Source of the DNA: an uncultured Chloroflexia bacterium
Lineage (GTDB): Bacteria; Chloroflexota; Limnocylindria; Limnocylindrales; CSP1-4
DNA: 64,000 nucleotides
Direction: 5' to 3'
Assembly: GCA_963833225.1 (NCBI GenBank)
Contig: CAWHXD010000007.1
Location: 128,001-192,000, forward strand
Shown here in pieces: positions 54,356 through 63,206 of this stretch. The notes under the pieces are model-generated. The model had not been told where the DNA came from and did no database searches. It saw only the letters and a program-made list of their open reading frames with translations. The translations under genes were made by a program, and so were the position numbers. Numbering within the stretch: the stretch's first letter is position 1; every line of letters starts with the position of its first letter.

Positions 54356-55111
54356 TTATAGACCGAATGGCGAACCGAGGGTCGCCAGTCGGCCGAGCAA
54401 GTTGGTGAGCATCAGCACGCCCAGGAGCACGAGCAGGCCGCCCGTGACCAGGTTGACGGCGTGGTGGTGGCGGCCGACCCAGGTCAGCCGCCTGGAGACC
54501 CACGAGGCGCCGAGCGCCACCGCGAGGAACGGAAGCGCAAGGCCACTCGCGTAGGCGATCAGCAGGACGGTTCCCTGCGCGACGCTGGCCGTGGCCGTGG
54601 CCAGGCCCAGGATCCCGCCGAGGATGGGTCCGATGCACGGGCTCCAGCCCGCGGCGAACAGCAACCCGAACAGGAACGAGCGGGGGTAGCCGGGGGCGTC
54701 CGGGCTGCCGGCGATGGAGCCCGTGCCGCCGCCCGCCATCACGAGGGCGCCACCGACCGTCGGCATGGCGCGGGTGTCGCGCCACAGGGCCCGGACGTTG
54801 ATCACGCCCGCGACCTGGAGGCCGAGAAAGACGAGCAGGGCGCCGCCGGCCGTGGTCATGATCCGCCGGTCCAGGAACGCCCCCAGCGCGCCGATCAGCG
54901 CGTAGAAGGCGACGAAGACCAGCGAGAACCCGGCCACGAACGCAAGCCCGTGGGCGAAGGCGGGGCGGCGGCCGGTGGTGCCCTCACCGGTCGCGCCCAC
55001 CATGTAGCTGACGTATGCGGGCACGAGCGGCAGGCAGCAGGGGGACGCGAACGACACGAGGCCACCGAGGAAGGCGATCCCGATGCCGAGGGCGCTGCCG
55101 AGCTCGATCAT
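54356..55111 (-). CDS. ccdA: CcdA thiol-disulfide membrane transporter
   Basis: SFASPCCLPLVPAY, GWSPCIGPILG and YASGLALPF. Confidence 0.93.
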   Translation of the reverse strand: MIELGSALGIGIAFLGGLVSFASPCCLPLVPAYVSYMVGATGEGTTGRRPAFAHGLAFVAGFSLVFVAFYALIGALGAFLDRRIMTTAGGALLVFLGLQVAGVINVRALWRDTRAMPTVGGALVMAGGGTGSIAGSPDAPGYPRSFLFGLLFAAGWSPCIGPILGGILGLATATASVAQGTVLLIAYASGLALPFLAVALGASWVSRRLTWVGRHHHAVNLVTGGLLVLLGVLMLTNLLGRLATLGSPFGL

Positions 55112-56358
55112 GGCGTTGTGGTCTCGGCCGGCGACGTCTCTGGGGACGCAGCCGGGGAGGTCTCCGGGGAGGCCTCAGGGCTTGCCGACGGCGCGGCGCT
55201 CTCCGCTGCCCCCGAGGCTGCGGGCAGCATGGAGGACGCCGCGAGCGAGTCCAGGTGGGACCTGACGGTCTGGGCAAGATCGGAGCTGGGGTCGAGCTCG
55301 ATGACCTTGTTCCACTCCGCTTGGACGCCGGCCCAGTCGGGGACGGCCTGGTTCAGGTACAGGAAGCCCAGGTCGTAGTGGACCTCGACGTTGTCAGGCT
55401 TCAGCGCGACGACCCTGTTCCACGCCGCCTCGGCGTTGGTGATGTCGTTGAGGTTGAAGTAGACCGCGCCGCGGGCGAGGAGCGCCTCGATGTGATCTGG
55501 GTTGATCGCGAGCAGCTTGTCGAGCCAGGTGGCCGACTGGTCGTACAGGCCGCCTGCGTAGAACTCGTCCGCCAGCGCGAGCAGGGTCTCCTGGTTGGTC
55601 GGGTCTGCCTGGTAGGCGGCCATCAGGTCTGCGACCTTCGCCTCGTCCACGGCGGGAGCGGCTGATGTGGCCTGCGCGACCTGGCTGGCCGCGGGAGTGG
55701 CACCGCCCAGGTTGTTGACGAGGGCATTGATGCCGAACAGCAGACCCCCGACCAGGCCAATGCCCACGACACCCAGGAACAGGCCCTTCCAGACGTTGGC
55801 CGGTGCCGGCTGGGCGGGAGTCGCCACGGCGGCGGCGGCCCGGGCCGAGGACTTCGTGCGGCGCGGTGCGGGTGCTGGCTGCGCGACGGGCCTTGCGGGC
55901 CTGCCCTTTGGCTTCATGTCGTCGTGGACGCTGGGGGTCACCATCGCATACAGGGCCGCGAGGTCCTCCGCGCTTGGATCACCCTCGATCTCCAGGTCGG
56001 CGTCGTCCATGGCTTCGGCGACGGGCTCCTCCGGGACCACCGCCGGGGCGGGGCCCCGGCGGGCCGGAGGTGTCGCCGGCCCGCCGGGTACGACCGTCGG
56101 CGGACTCGCCGGGCTCATGAGGGCCGAGCCCTCGAGTCCGACCGGGTCGGTCAAAGCGATAAACGCCGCATCGAGGGCCGCGACCTGGGCACGGGCCCAG
56201 CCACGAATCTCGGGCGGCGCAGCGGCAAGGAACTCGCTCGCGGCCTGGTGGAGCCGGTCAACGTCCTCGGGGGATGCGCTGGCCGGCAATCCGAGCCGGG
56301 ACAGCAGCTCGACCTGGACGGCGGCCTGCCCCGTGGGCTTGAGCGTGGGGACGGTCAT
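55108..56358 (-). CDS. Membrane protein with a J-domain-like N-terminus and extracytoplasmic TPR repeats
   Basis: N-terminus LGLPASASPEDV...ALDAAFIALTDP, Pro/Ala linker, one TM segment and TPR-like helices; ATGA overlap with ccdA. Confidence 0.8.
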   Translation of the reverse strand: MTVPTLKPTGQAAVQVELLSRLGLPASASPEDVDRLHQAASEFLAAAPPEIRGWARAQVAALDAAFIALTDPVGLEGSALMSPASPPTVVPGGPATPPARRGPAPAVVPEEPVAEAMDDADLEIEGDPSAEDLAALYAMVTPSVHDDMKPKGRPARPVAQPAPAPRRTKSSARAAAAVATPAQPAPANVWKGLFLGVVGIGLVGGLLFGINALVNNLGGATPAASQVAQATSAAPAVDEAKVADLMAAYQADPTNQETLLALADEFYAGGLYDQSATWLDKLLAINPDHIEALLARGAVYFNLNDITNAEAAWNRVVALKPDNVEVHYDLGFLYLNQAVPDWAGVQAEWNKVIELDPSSDLAQTVRSHLDSLAASSMLPAASGAAESAAPSASPEASPETSPAASPETSPAETTTP

Positions 56359-56555
56359 GCGCGACCTCCCCGGGCTCGCGCATGCCTTGGGGCACGCGCA
56401 GGGGTGCGAGTCATCGTGTTTGCCCTCATCTCGTGGCCGCAGGGGTCGCGGCCTGACACCTGCATGAATTGTCCCGGTCAGAGGTGTCGCGGCCCATCCG
56501 TCGTGGCGCACATTTCCACCGGGACCCGGCAGGGCCAGAGGGGGGAGATACGAGA

Positions 56556-56585
56556 CACCCCCTGTATCTGTCGATACAGGGGGTG
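56556..56585. promoter_or_regulatory. Perfect 13-bp inverted repeat, candidate operator and/or terminator
   Basis: caccccCTGTATC-tgtc-GATACAGggggtg. The same 7-mer recurs at 49396, 62555, 62588 and 63707. Confidence 0.6.
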
Positions 56586-56617
56586 CGCCGGGAAGGCCAG
56601 GAACGGGGCCTTGAGCG

Positions 56618-58885
56618 TCAGGGAACCACCGGGTAGTCATACCCGTAGGCGGTGTGCGCCTTGCCGTGGCAGACGAGGGTGCACGTGCCCATGGAGGTCG
56701 GTGTCGCGGGCTGGAACGTGATGGCCCCGCCGAGCTTCTGGACGTTTGGCGCGAAGTTGACCAGGCCCGTTGCCGGCGTCTGGCCGTTGACCGCGAGCGC
56801 AGACCCATGGATCCGGAAGTGGCACTCGGCGCAGATGGCGTTGCCCCGGCCGGCACCGGCGACGTCGATGTCCAGGGTGCCAGTGCCGCTCCCGACGATG
56901 GAGCTCAGGTGGTAGCCGTGAAAGCTGAAGGCCGTGTCACTGCGAATGTCACCGCTGTCGTCCACCATGGGGGCCTCGGCGTGGCAGACGTAGCACAGCG
57001 CGAAGTCCGCTGCCTGATATCTCCCTGGGACCTTCAGGGTCCGGTCAACGTACGGCGCGATCAGGATTCCCCGGTTGGGCGAGGCGTGATTGTCAAGGCT
57101 CGCGTCGGCCAACGGTCTCGGGGCCTGCGTGGTCACCGCGCTGTTCCCGTGGCAATTCTCGCAGCGGACGGTGTCCTGAGTCTCGAACACCCACAGCTTG
57201 TAGGGGGACGTTCCCGCCAGGCTCAGGGCCATGGCGTTGGTCTGGTTCTTGCCGGCGGCTTCCACGGGGTGGTAGGAGACGTTGGCCGGGTTCAGCTCGA
57301 TGCCCTTGTCGAGCGACCAGCGGCTCGGGTGGGCCGCATCCTGGGCCGGCAGCTCCGTGAAGCCCGAGTGGCACTTGAAGCAGAGCTGGTACTCGAAGTC
57401 GGACGTCTGCTGGAGCGTATAGGCGGGGGCCGTGCCGGCGTCGCCGTTGACGACCGCGACCCCCGACGCGCCGGCGATGGAGCCCGATGCCGACCAGCCG
57501 CCGACGCTGTTCACCGGCCTCGCCGCGTCGGCGAGGTGCGGTTGGTGGCAGTCGGCGCACGCCGCATGCCGGTTGAGCGTGTCCTGGAACTCGTTGTCCT
57601 GGGCCGATTCGTGGCTCGAGGGCGAGGTGGCCGGGTGCGAGTACCAGGACGCGGTCGCGGCGTCGTTGGCGGGCAGCGTCGCGCTCGACCACTGGCTCTG
57701 GACATCGCTCAGCGCACCCGTGCCGTCGTGACACAGGAAACACGTCGACGACTGAGGCCCGGGCTGCTGGAGGAAGTTCAACCCCTGGGCGTCGTGGGCC
57801 GCGTGGCAGGAAGCGCAGGTGTCCGAGGCGAGCCCCGAGATGACATGCGGCGAACCCTCAGCGGCAACGGCCGCGACCGGCGCGGTCGAGCCGATCTGGG
57901 GGTTCAGCTTGTAGAGCGGGACGGGCTCGTCCACGAGCTTGCCCTTCCGCTGTCCGGGTGACAAATCGACATCGGGCTTGGCGCCCATGACCAGCTCCGC
58001 CCTGGCTCCCGGCAGCGAGTCGGATCCGCTCGCCAGGCGGAATCGGTAGCCCGTCTCCCAGGCCGCGTCGACGGTGGCCCGCACGGCGAACTCCACCTCG
58101 GTGAAGCTGTGGGCAGGAAGGACCAGGGCCGCGAGTTGACGGCCGGCGCTGGCAGCGCCCTCCACGGGGCTTGCCAGCGGATCGCCCGCCTCCTCCAGGC
58201 GCAGGTCCGCGACGCTGATCGGCGCTCTCCGTGGATCAAAGACACGGCCATCGTCCGAGGCGCCGTAGAACGCCGTGGCGGGCTCGGGGTCGACCATCGG
58301 GAGCATCGTCCAGCCGCCGGCTTCCCCGGCCATCTCCAGGACCGGCTCGATCGTCGTGTCGGTGTCGGTGGCGTTGACGATCTGGAACCGGACACGGTAG
58401 ACGGTGAACCGCTGGGCCTCGTCGAGGGGAGCGTCAAGCTCCCCCGGGTCCGTCACCGTGCCGCCGTCGTTGACGATGTCGATCCACGTGTGATCGATGC
58501 GCGGCCCGGTTGGCTCGGGGGTTGTGGTGGGCTCCGGCGTTGCGGTCGGCTCGGGGGTCGTGGTTGGCTCCGGCGTTGCCGTCGGCTCCGGCGTCGCGGT
58601 GGGCTCGGGCGTTGCGGTCGGCTCCGGCGTCGCGGTGGGCGTGGGCGCCGCCCTGGGGACGAACGTGGCCGGTGGGGCCGGTTGGGGCGTGGGCGTCGCG
58701 GCCGGCGCGATCGACGGCGTTGGCGTGGGTTCCTGGGCCAGGACGGCCGGAACGGCCGGAGTCAGCGCTCCCACCGCGCCCGCGATGACGAGGAGCACGC
58801 CGAACAGCGGCCCGGCCCGGTGGCCTGCGGGTTGCTGCTGGCGGTTCATGCTGCTGAGATCTTCGTCATGGCGGATGTCGGACAT
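56618..58885 (-). CDS. Secreted octaheme cytochrome with a Pro/Thr stalk and a heme-free N-terminal domain
   Basis: Signal peptide; 7 PT(A/T)TPE repeats; CASCH, CFLCH, CADCH, CFKCH, CENCH, CYVCH and CAECH, plus terminal CTLVCH. The start may instead be 58850. Confidence 0.9.
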   Translation of the reverse strand: MSDIRHDEDLSSMNRQQQPAGHRAGPLFGVLLVIAGAVGALTPAVPAVLAQEPTPTPSIAPAATPTPQPAPPATFVPRAAPTPTATPEPTATPEPTATPEPTATPEPTTTPEPTATPEPTTTPEPTGPRIDHTWIDIVNDGGTVTDPGELDAPLDEAQRFTVYRVRFQIVNATDTDTTIEPVLEMAGEAGGWTMLPMVDPEPATAFYGASDDGRVFDPRRAPISVADLRLEEAGDPLASPVEGAASAGRQLAALVLPAHSFTEVEFAVRATVDAAWETGYRFRLASGSDSLPGARAELVMGAKPDVDLSPGQRKGKLVDEPVPLYKLNPQIGSTAPVAAVAAEGSPHVISGLASDTCASCHAAHDAQGLNFLQQPGPQSSTCFLCHDGTGALSDVQSQWSSATLPANDAATASWYSHPATSPSSHESAQDNEFQDTLNRHAACADCHQPHLADAARPVNSVGGWSASGSIAGASGVAVVNGDAGTAPAYTLQQTSDFEYQLCFKCHSGFTELPAQDAAHPSRWSLDKGIELNPANVSYHPVEAAGKNQTNAMALSLAGTSPYKLWVFETQDTVRCENCHGNSAVTTQAPRPLADASLDNHASPNRGILIAPYVDRTLKVPGRYQAADFALCYVCHAEAPMVDDSGDIRSDTAFSFHGYHLSSIVGSGTGTLDIDVAGAGRGNAICAECHFRIHGSALAVNGQTPATGLVNFAPNVQKLGGAITFQPATPTSMGTCTLVCHGKAHTAYGYDYPVVP
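58512..58640 (-). repeat. 18-bp coding tandem repeat (PTATPE/PTTTPE x7)
   Basis: Seen in both the translation and the DNA (ggctc(c/g)ggcgt(t/c)gc.gt.). Confidence 0.85.
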
Positions 58886-58951
58886 TCACCCGTGGTGGTG
58901 CTGGACCGGTTGGCCCGGCGGTGTCGTGCTGCGGGAGCTGCGCGGAGGAGA

Positions 58952-59036
58952 CGCCAGGCGATCGCCTGGCGGCCCTTCGGCGAAGCCGACGCCTGAAGGG
59001 GGCTGCGGGTGGCCGGGATGTGGATCGCCGGCCACC
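58952..59036 (-). terminator. Three stem-loops downstream of the hexaheme gene
   Basis: ggtggccgg/ccggccacc (59008-59036); cccttc.ggcg/cgcc.gaaggg (58973-59000); perfect palindrome cgccaggcgatcgcctggcg (58952-58971). Confidence 0.55.
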
Positions 59037-59048
59037 ACGCGTTGGACG

Positions 59049-60278
59049 TTACGGAAGGACCGGGACCGGCGTCGGGCCGACCTGGGTTCCTGCCTGGATC
59101 GTTCCCGTGGGATCGTGGCAAAGCTGGCACGTTCCACGGTTGTCGGCCTTGAGCAGCCGGCTGTCGCCGACCGGCGCAACGGCCCCACCCGGCATCTCCT
59201 GGTTGGCCGAGAAGGTGCCCGGCATCTGCGCGTTGGAACCATGCGACACGTGACACGTGATGCAGTTCCGCGACGTCGCATCGGAGGTGTGGCGATACGT
59301 GAAGATCGCATCGTCTTCCAGGGTGGTCCGGCCGTTGCCCAGATACCGGGAGTGGCACGTGAGGCACCACGCCGCGATCTGGGGCCCGAAGGTCGCGGAC
59401 TGGCCGTTCGGCGCGTCGTTTGCCGTGCCGCTCGTCCCGTTCCACGGAACCTTCTTCCGGAAGTAGTCGCCCGCCGTCGACGGCAGGCTGAGCGCGGCAA
59501 CCTGGCTCGCGAGGAGCGTGTTGGTGCCGTTCAGGGTCTGGATGATGGTGTAGTTGCGGGTGTCGCCGGCCGGCGGAAGCGCCGCGTCGGTGACGAATGC
59601 CTCCACGGCCGCCGGCTCGAACACGTCCGTGCCCGCAGCGGCGGGATCCGGGATCGGATTCAGGATCCGATACTGGCCGTTGCCGTGCGGGTTGTGGCAC
59701 GTGCCGCACTCGAGCTCGACATCGGGTCCGGCATAGGCGGTGGTGCTGTTGGGGCCGTTGCCCCAGGCCACGCCTTCCGCCGCCCCGACCACGCCGCCCA
59801 CGTTGGGCAGGTGGGCAGAGGTGACGTCCTGCGATCCGGCCGTCCGGACGGGCACCTTGGCGTTCTCGGAAATCCTGGTGCCCGTGTCGTAGGCGATGCG
59901 GACCGCTTCACCGGAACCGATCCGGGCGGTGACGAAGCCGCCACCGCGGGTATATCCGAGGACAGTGTCTCCGCGGGGATCGGTGGTGCCAAGCGTGTAC
60001 TGCATCCCGTCCTCGACGTCAACCGTCGAGCCGAGACTCGTCGCGCCGTGGCAGGTCAGACACAGCGCGACCCCCGAGTCGGCAACGAGCAGGGTGCCGT
60101 TGCCTTCGGAGCTCTGCGCCCGGTGGGCGCGATGGCAGCCGGCGCAACCGTCGGCATTGATGCCGTTGACGCCGCTGTTGTTCGCAGCCACGTGCGGTCC
60201 ACCGTCCGCGAAGACCGGGACCGCGGCAAGGAACAGCCAAAGACTTCCGGCTGCAATGAGCAGCATCAGCTTCTTCAA
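59049..60278 (-). CDS. Secreted hexaheme c-type cytochrome, OmcS-like
   Basis: TTG start with GAAAGGAGGTGA SD; Sec signal peptide (VFA-D); CAGCH, CLTCH, CGTCH, CLTCH, CITCH and CQLCH plus six additional His; no anchor. Confidence 0.9.
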   Translation of the reverse strand: MKKLMLLIAAGSLWLFLAAVPVFADGGPHVAANNSGVNGINADGCAGCHRAHRAQSSEGNGTLLVADSGVALCLTCHGATSLGSTVDVEDGMQYTLGTTDPRGDTVLGYTRGGGFVTARIGSGEAVRIAYDTGTRISENAKVPVRTAGSQDVTSAHLPNVGGVVGAAEGVAWGNGPNSTTAYAGPDVELECGTCHNPHGNGQYRILNPIPDPAAAGTDVFEPAAVEAFVTDAALPPAGDTRNYTIIQTLNGTNTLLASQVAALSLPSTAGDYFRKKVPWNGTSGTANDAPNGQSATFGPQIAAWCLTCHSRYLGNGRTTLEDDAIFTYRHTSDATSRNCITCHVSHGSNAQMPGTFSANQEMPGGAVAPVGDSRLLKADNRGTCQLCHDPTGTIQAGTQVGPTPVPVLP

Positions 60279-60382
60279 ACTGTCCTCACCTCCTTTCTCT
60301 GTGTGCTACGTGGACTTGATGGGTGCCGCCGTGGTGCGGCGGCGGCGCAGAGTCTCGGTTCCACCTCCCTCGCTGTCAGTGC

Positions 60383-61468
60383 TCAATAGCTCCACAACTG
60401 CACGCGATTGTTGCCCGAGTCGGCGATGTACAGCCGCCCGCGCTCGTCAACCGAGATGCCGTTGGGGTAGGAAAACGCTCCATTGGCGACACCCTGTGAG
60501 CCGAAGGAGCCCAGATAGTCGAGGCCGGTCGCGCCCTCCTCGTACCGTCCGTACACGAAGACCGCCTGGCCGCTCGAGTCCACGACGTACACGCGCCCCT
60601 GCCCATCGATGGCCACGCCGCGCGGAAGGCCGAGGTTTCCGGTGCCCGTGCCGCGGCCGACCGTGGCGACGGTGTTCCCGTCCTGCGCGAACACCAGCAG
60701 GCGTCCGTTGTTGCTGTCGGTCACGTACGCGTAGCCGGCGTCATCGATGGCCACCCCGTTGGGGAAGTTGAGACCGGAATCCTGGCCGAACACGCGGATC
60801 TGCTGACCGGACGGGTCGAACTCGCGGACGCGCTGCGGAAGGCTGCCCACGTCGGTGACGAACAGGTTGCCGGCGGCATCGAAGGACACGCTCAACGGCT
60901 GCCAGCCCTCGGCATCGGCCGGTGGCGTGAAGGTGCGAAGGTACGTCCCGGCTGCGTCGTAGATGTAGATCGAGGACGTGGGCCGATCGGAGACGTAGAC
61001 CTCGCCGCTGAGCGGGCTGATCGCGACGTAGATGGGCACATGGTCCGTTCCGGTGGAGATCGGAGGCAGGAGCGCGGCCAGCTGGTTGCCCCCGGCGTCG
61101 AACAGCCGTGCAGTCTGGTCGCCGGATGTCTCGCCGATGTAGATGCGGTCGCCGGTGCTGGTCACGGCGACGCTCATCGGGCGTGAGGCGCCGTAGATCG
61201 AGGTGACGTACCCCGGCATGACCGTCTCGCCCGGGATCGTCGGGATCACCGAGATGGGCTGGCGGAACAGGAGGTACCAGATCGCAAGGCCGAGAAGGAC
61301 GATGAACGCCCCCAGCAGCAGGAGCAGGAGCAGGAGCTTCCGGCGCCGACGCTCCTCGGGCTCCGCCTCGGTGTCCACGGGAGCGAGGCCGTCGGGCGGC
61401 AGCTGATCGCCCTCGGGGAGTGGTTGCGAGCCCGCCACCGGCTGGGCCGCGGGACGGGACGCGGTCAT
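60383..61468 (-). CDS. Membrane-anchored NHL-repeat beta-propeller protein
   Basis: RRRRK then a TM segment; repeated (F/L)..P.G(V/I)A(I/V)D..G..YV.DS.N.R motifs. Confidence 0.92.
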   Translation of the reverse strand: MTASRPAAQPVAGSQPLPEGDQLPPDGLAPVDTEAEPEERRRRKLLLLLLLLGAFIVLLGLAIWYLLFRQPISVIPTIPGETVMPGYVTSIYGASRPMSVAVTSTGDRIYIGETSGDQTARLFDAGGNQLAALLPPISTGTDHVPIYVAISPLSGEVYVSDRPTSSIYIYDAAGTYLRTFTPPADAEGWQPLSVSFDAAGNLFVTDVGSLPQRVREFDPSGQQIRVFGQDSGLNFPNGVAIDDAGYAYVTDSNNGRLLVFAQDGNTVATVGRGTGTGNLGLPRGVAIDGQGRVYVVDSSGQAVFVYGRYEEGATGLDYLGSFGSQGVANGAFSYPNGISVDERGRLYIADSGNNRVQLWSY

Positions 61469-62451
61469 CAGTTGCTTCCTTCAGGATTGGTCGACGGCCC
61501 GACGGCGGGGTGCGCCTGCGTGCCATCGGAGACGCGGCTCAGGCCGAGCTGCGCGGGCTTGTTCTCGGCGTCGAGCTCGAGCGCCTTGCGGTACCAGGTG
61601 GTCGCGGTGATGTCGTCGCCCTGGCTTTCGGCGAGCAGCCCCAGCCCGATGCGGGCATCGAGCGCGGCATCGCCGTCGGCAATGGCCTCCAAGCGCTTGA
61701 TCGCGCCGTCAACGTCGCCGGTCTGGCCCGCGACCATCGCGTTGGCCCACTCCGCGAAGGCGGTGTCGCCGGTTGCGGTGTAGGCGGCCGCGAGCGTCTG
61801 GTACGGGTCCGGCCAGCCGAGCGGGACGAAGCTGATCGCCATGCGGAGGGGTTCGATGGCCTTCTCGGGCGTGCCGACCTGGACGTACGCATCGCCGAGC
61901 AGGTTCATCGCGTCGGCGTCGGTGCGCTGGATGGCGAGCGCCTTCAGCAGGTAGTCGACGGCTTCCTGGGGTCGTTCCTGCTGGAGGGCGATGTCTCCCA
62001 GCCCGTAGTACGACGTCTGGAGCATCGGGTCGACGTTCGCCATCTCGTTGGCGGAGGCGATCTCGATGACCTTGGTGTAGTCCGCCGCCGCCGCGTCGAG
62101 GTCGCCCTTGATCTCGTATGCCTGGCCGCGGCTGACGTAGGCGGCCTCGTTCTGCTTGCCGGTCCCGATGATCTCGGTGTACTGGGCGATGGCATCGTCG
62201 AAGCGGTTGGCCGCGAGGTAGATATCCCCGAGCCGTCCCCGCGACGCGAGGTCGGCCGGATCCGCCCGCACGGCCTCCTCGAGGGCGGCCAGCTCCCGGT
62301 CCAGGATCGGGGCTGCCGGGGCGCGGAAGCGGTCGACGGCGTAGAACGCGACGAACGCGATGAGGACAACCACGAACAGCAGCGCGATCCGCTTGATCCA
62401 GCGGTTCAGCTCTGCCTCCGGCATGTTGGTCAGGGACGTGACCCGGGACAT
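61468..62451 (-). CDS. Membrane-anchored TPR protein
   Basis: N-terminal TM followed by multiple TPR-like repeats; TGATG coupling to the NHL gene. Confidence 0.88.
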   Translation of the reverse strand: MSRVTSLTNMPEAELNRWIKRIALLFVVVLIAFVAFYAVDRFRAPAAPILDRELAALEEAVRADPADLASRGRLGDIYLAANRFDDAIAQYTEIIGTGKQNEAAYVSRGQAYEIKGDLDAAAADYTKVIEIASANEMANVDPMLQTSYYGLGDIALQQERPQEAVDYLLKALAIQRTDADAMNLLGDAYVQVGTPEKAIEPLRMAISFVPLGWPDPYQTLAAAYTATGDTAFAEWANAMVAGQTGDVDGAIKRLEAIADGDAALDARIGLGLLAESQGDDITATTWYRKALELDAENKPAQLGLSRVSDGTQAHPAVGPSTNPEGSN

Positions 62452-62658
62452 TCTTGGCACCTTCACTCCACGGCCGGCGGATTTGGACGGACCGACCTCT
62501 CGCCATGATCGCGTGCGCGAGGCAATGTTCCCATCCGTCGAGGGATAGAACTGAGATACAGGGCGGTGCCCTGGTGCACCACGATCTCTGTATCCAGCGG
62601 CTTCACGGGCCCGGTTTGACGGGCCATTGGTCCCATTCCGACCATGCGTCCGCACCGA

Positions 62659-63195
62659 TCAGGCGGGCAGCGATTCCCTGGGCGTCTGGAAGTCGCCTGG
62701 CACGTCCACCTCGATGATGTCGCCGGCGAGCCGGACCGGAAACCGGTTGAGTGGTCGCGGTGGCGGACCGGCCAGGACAGCCCCGTCGAGGGCGAACTGG
62801 CCGTCGTGGCAGCGACACTTGAAGCGCGCCCCTTCCGTGGACCACTCATACCGGCACAGGCCATGGGTGCAGCGAGGGTCAAACGCGGTCAGCTCGCCCG
62901 ACGCCTTCCGGACCAGCCAGGTCGAGCCCGGCACACTGGTGGTCCCGGAGACCAGCGTGAACGGCACCTCGACCGGCGTCCCCGGGACGAGCGTATCCGG
63001 GTCCACGTCCAGGGTCAGGGTGACGGGTGGCGCCGCACAGGCCTCGAGGAGCACGCCCAGCCCGCCGCCAGCCGCGAGGGCACCGGCGCCCATGAGCAGC
63101 AGCATTCGGCGGCGGGGCACCGGTGTCGCGCCCGGGTCGAACGTCGCGCGTGGATCGTACGCCGGCGGGTCATGCCGGCGGAAAGAGTCGCCCAT
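62659..63195 (-). CDS. Stand-alone Rieske [2Fe-2S] protein, probable Tat lipoprotein
   Basis: PRRRMLLL...LEAC; CTHGLC, CRCHDGQF and GPPPRPL. Confidence 0.88.
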   Translation of the reverse strand: MGDSFRRHDPPAYDPRATFDPGATPVPRRRMLLLMGAGALAAGGGLGVLLEACAAPPVTLTLDVDPDTLVPGTPVEVPFTLVSGTTSVPGSTWLVRKASGELTAFDPRCTHGLCRYEWSTEGARFKCRCHDGQFALDGAVLAGPPPRPLNRFPVRLAGDIIEVDVPGDFQTPRESLPA

Positions 63196-63206
63196 GGAGC
63201 GACAGC

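Noticed and set aside
56618-60278. Assignment of the secreted cytochromes as NrfA, HAO or OTR enzymes
   Set aside because: There is no CxxCK motif, and the hexaheme has exactly enough His for full bis-His ligation, leaving no obvious open catalytic heme.
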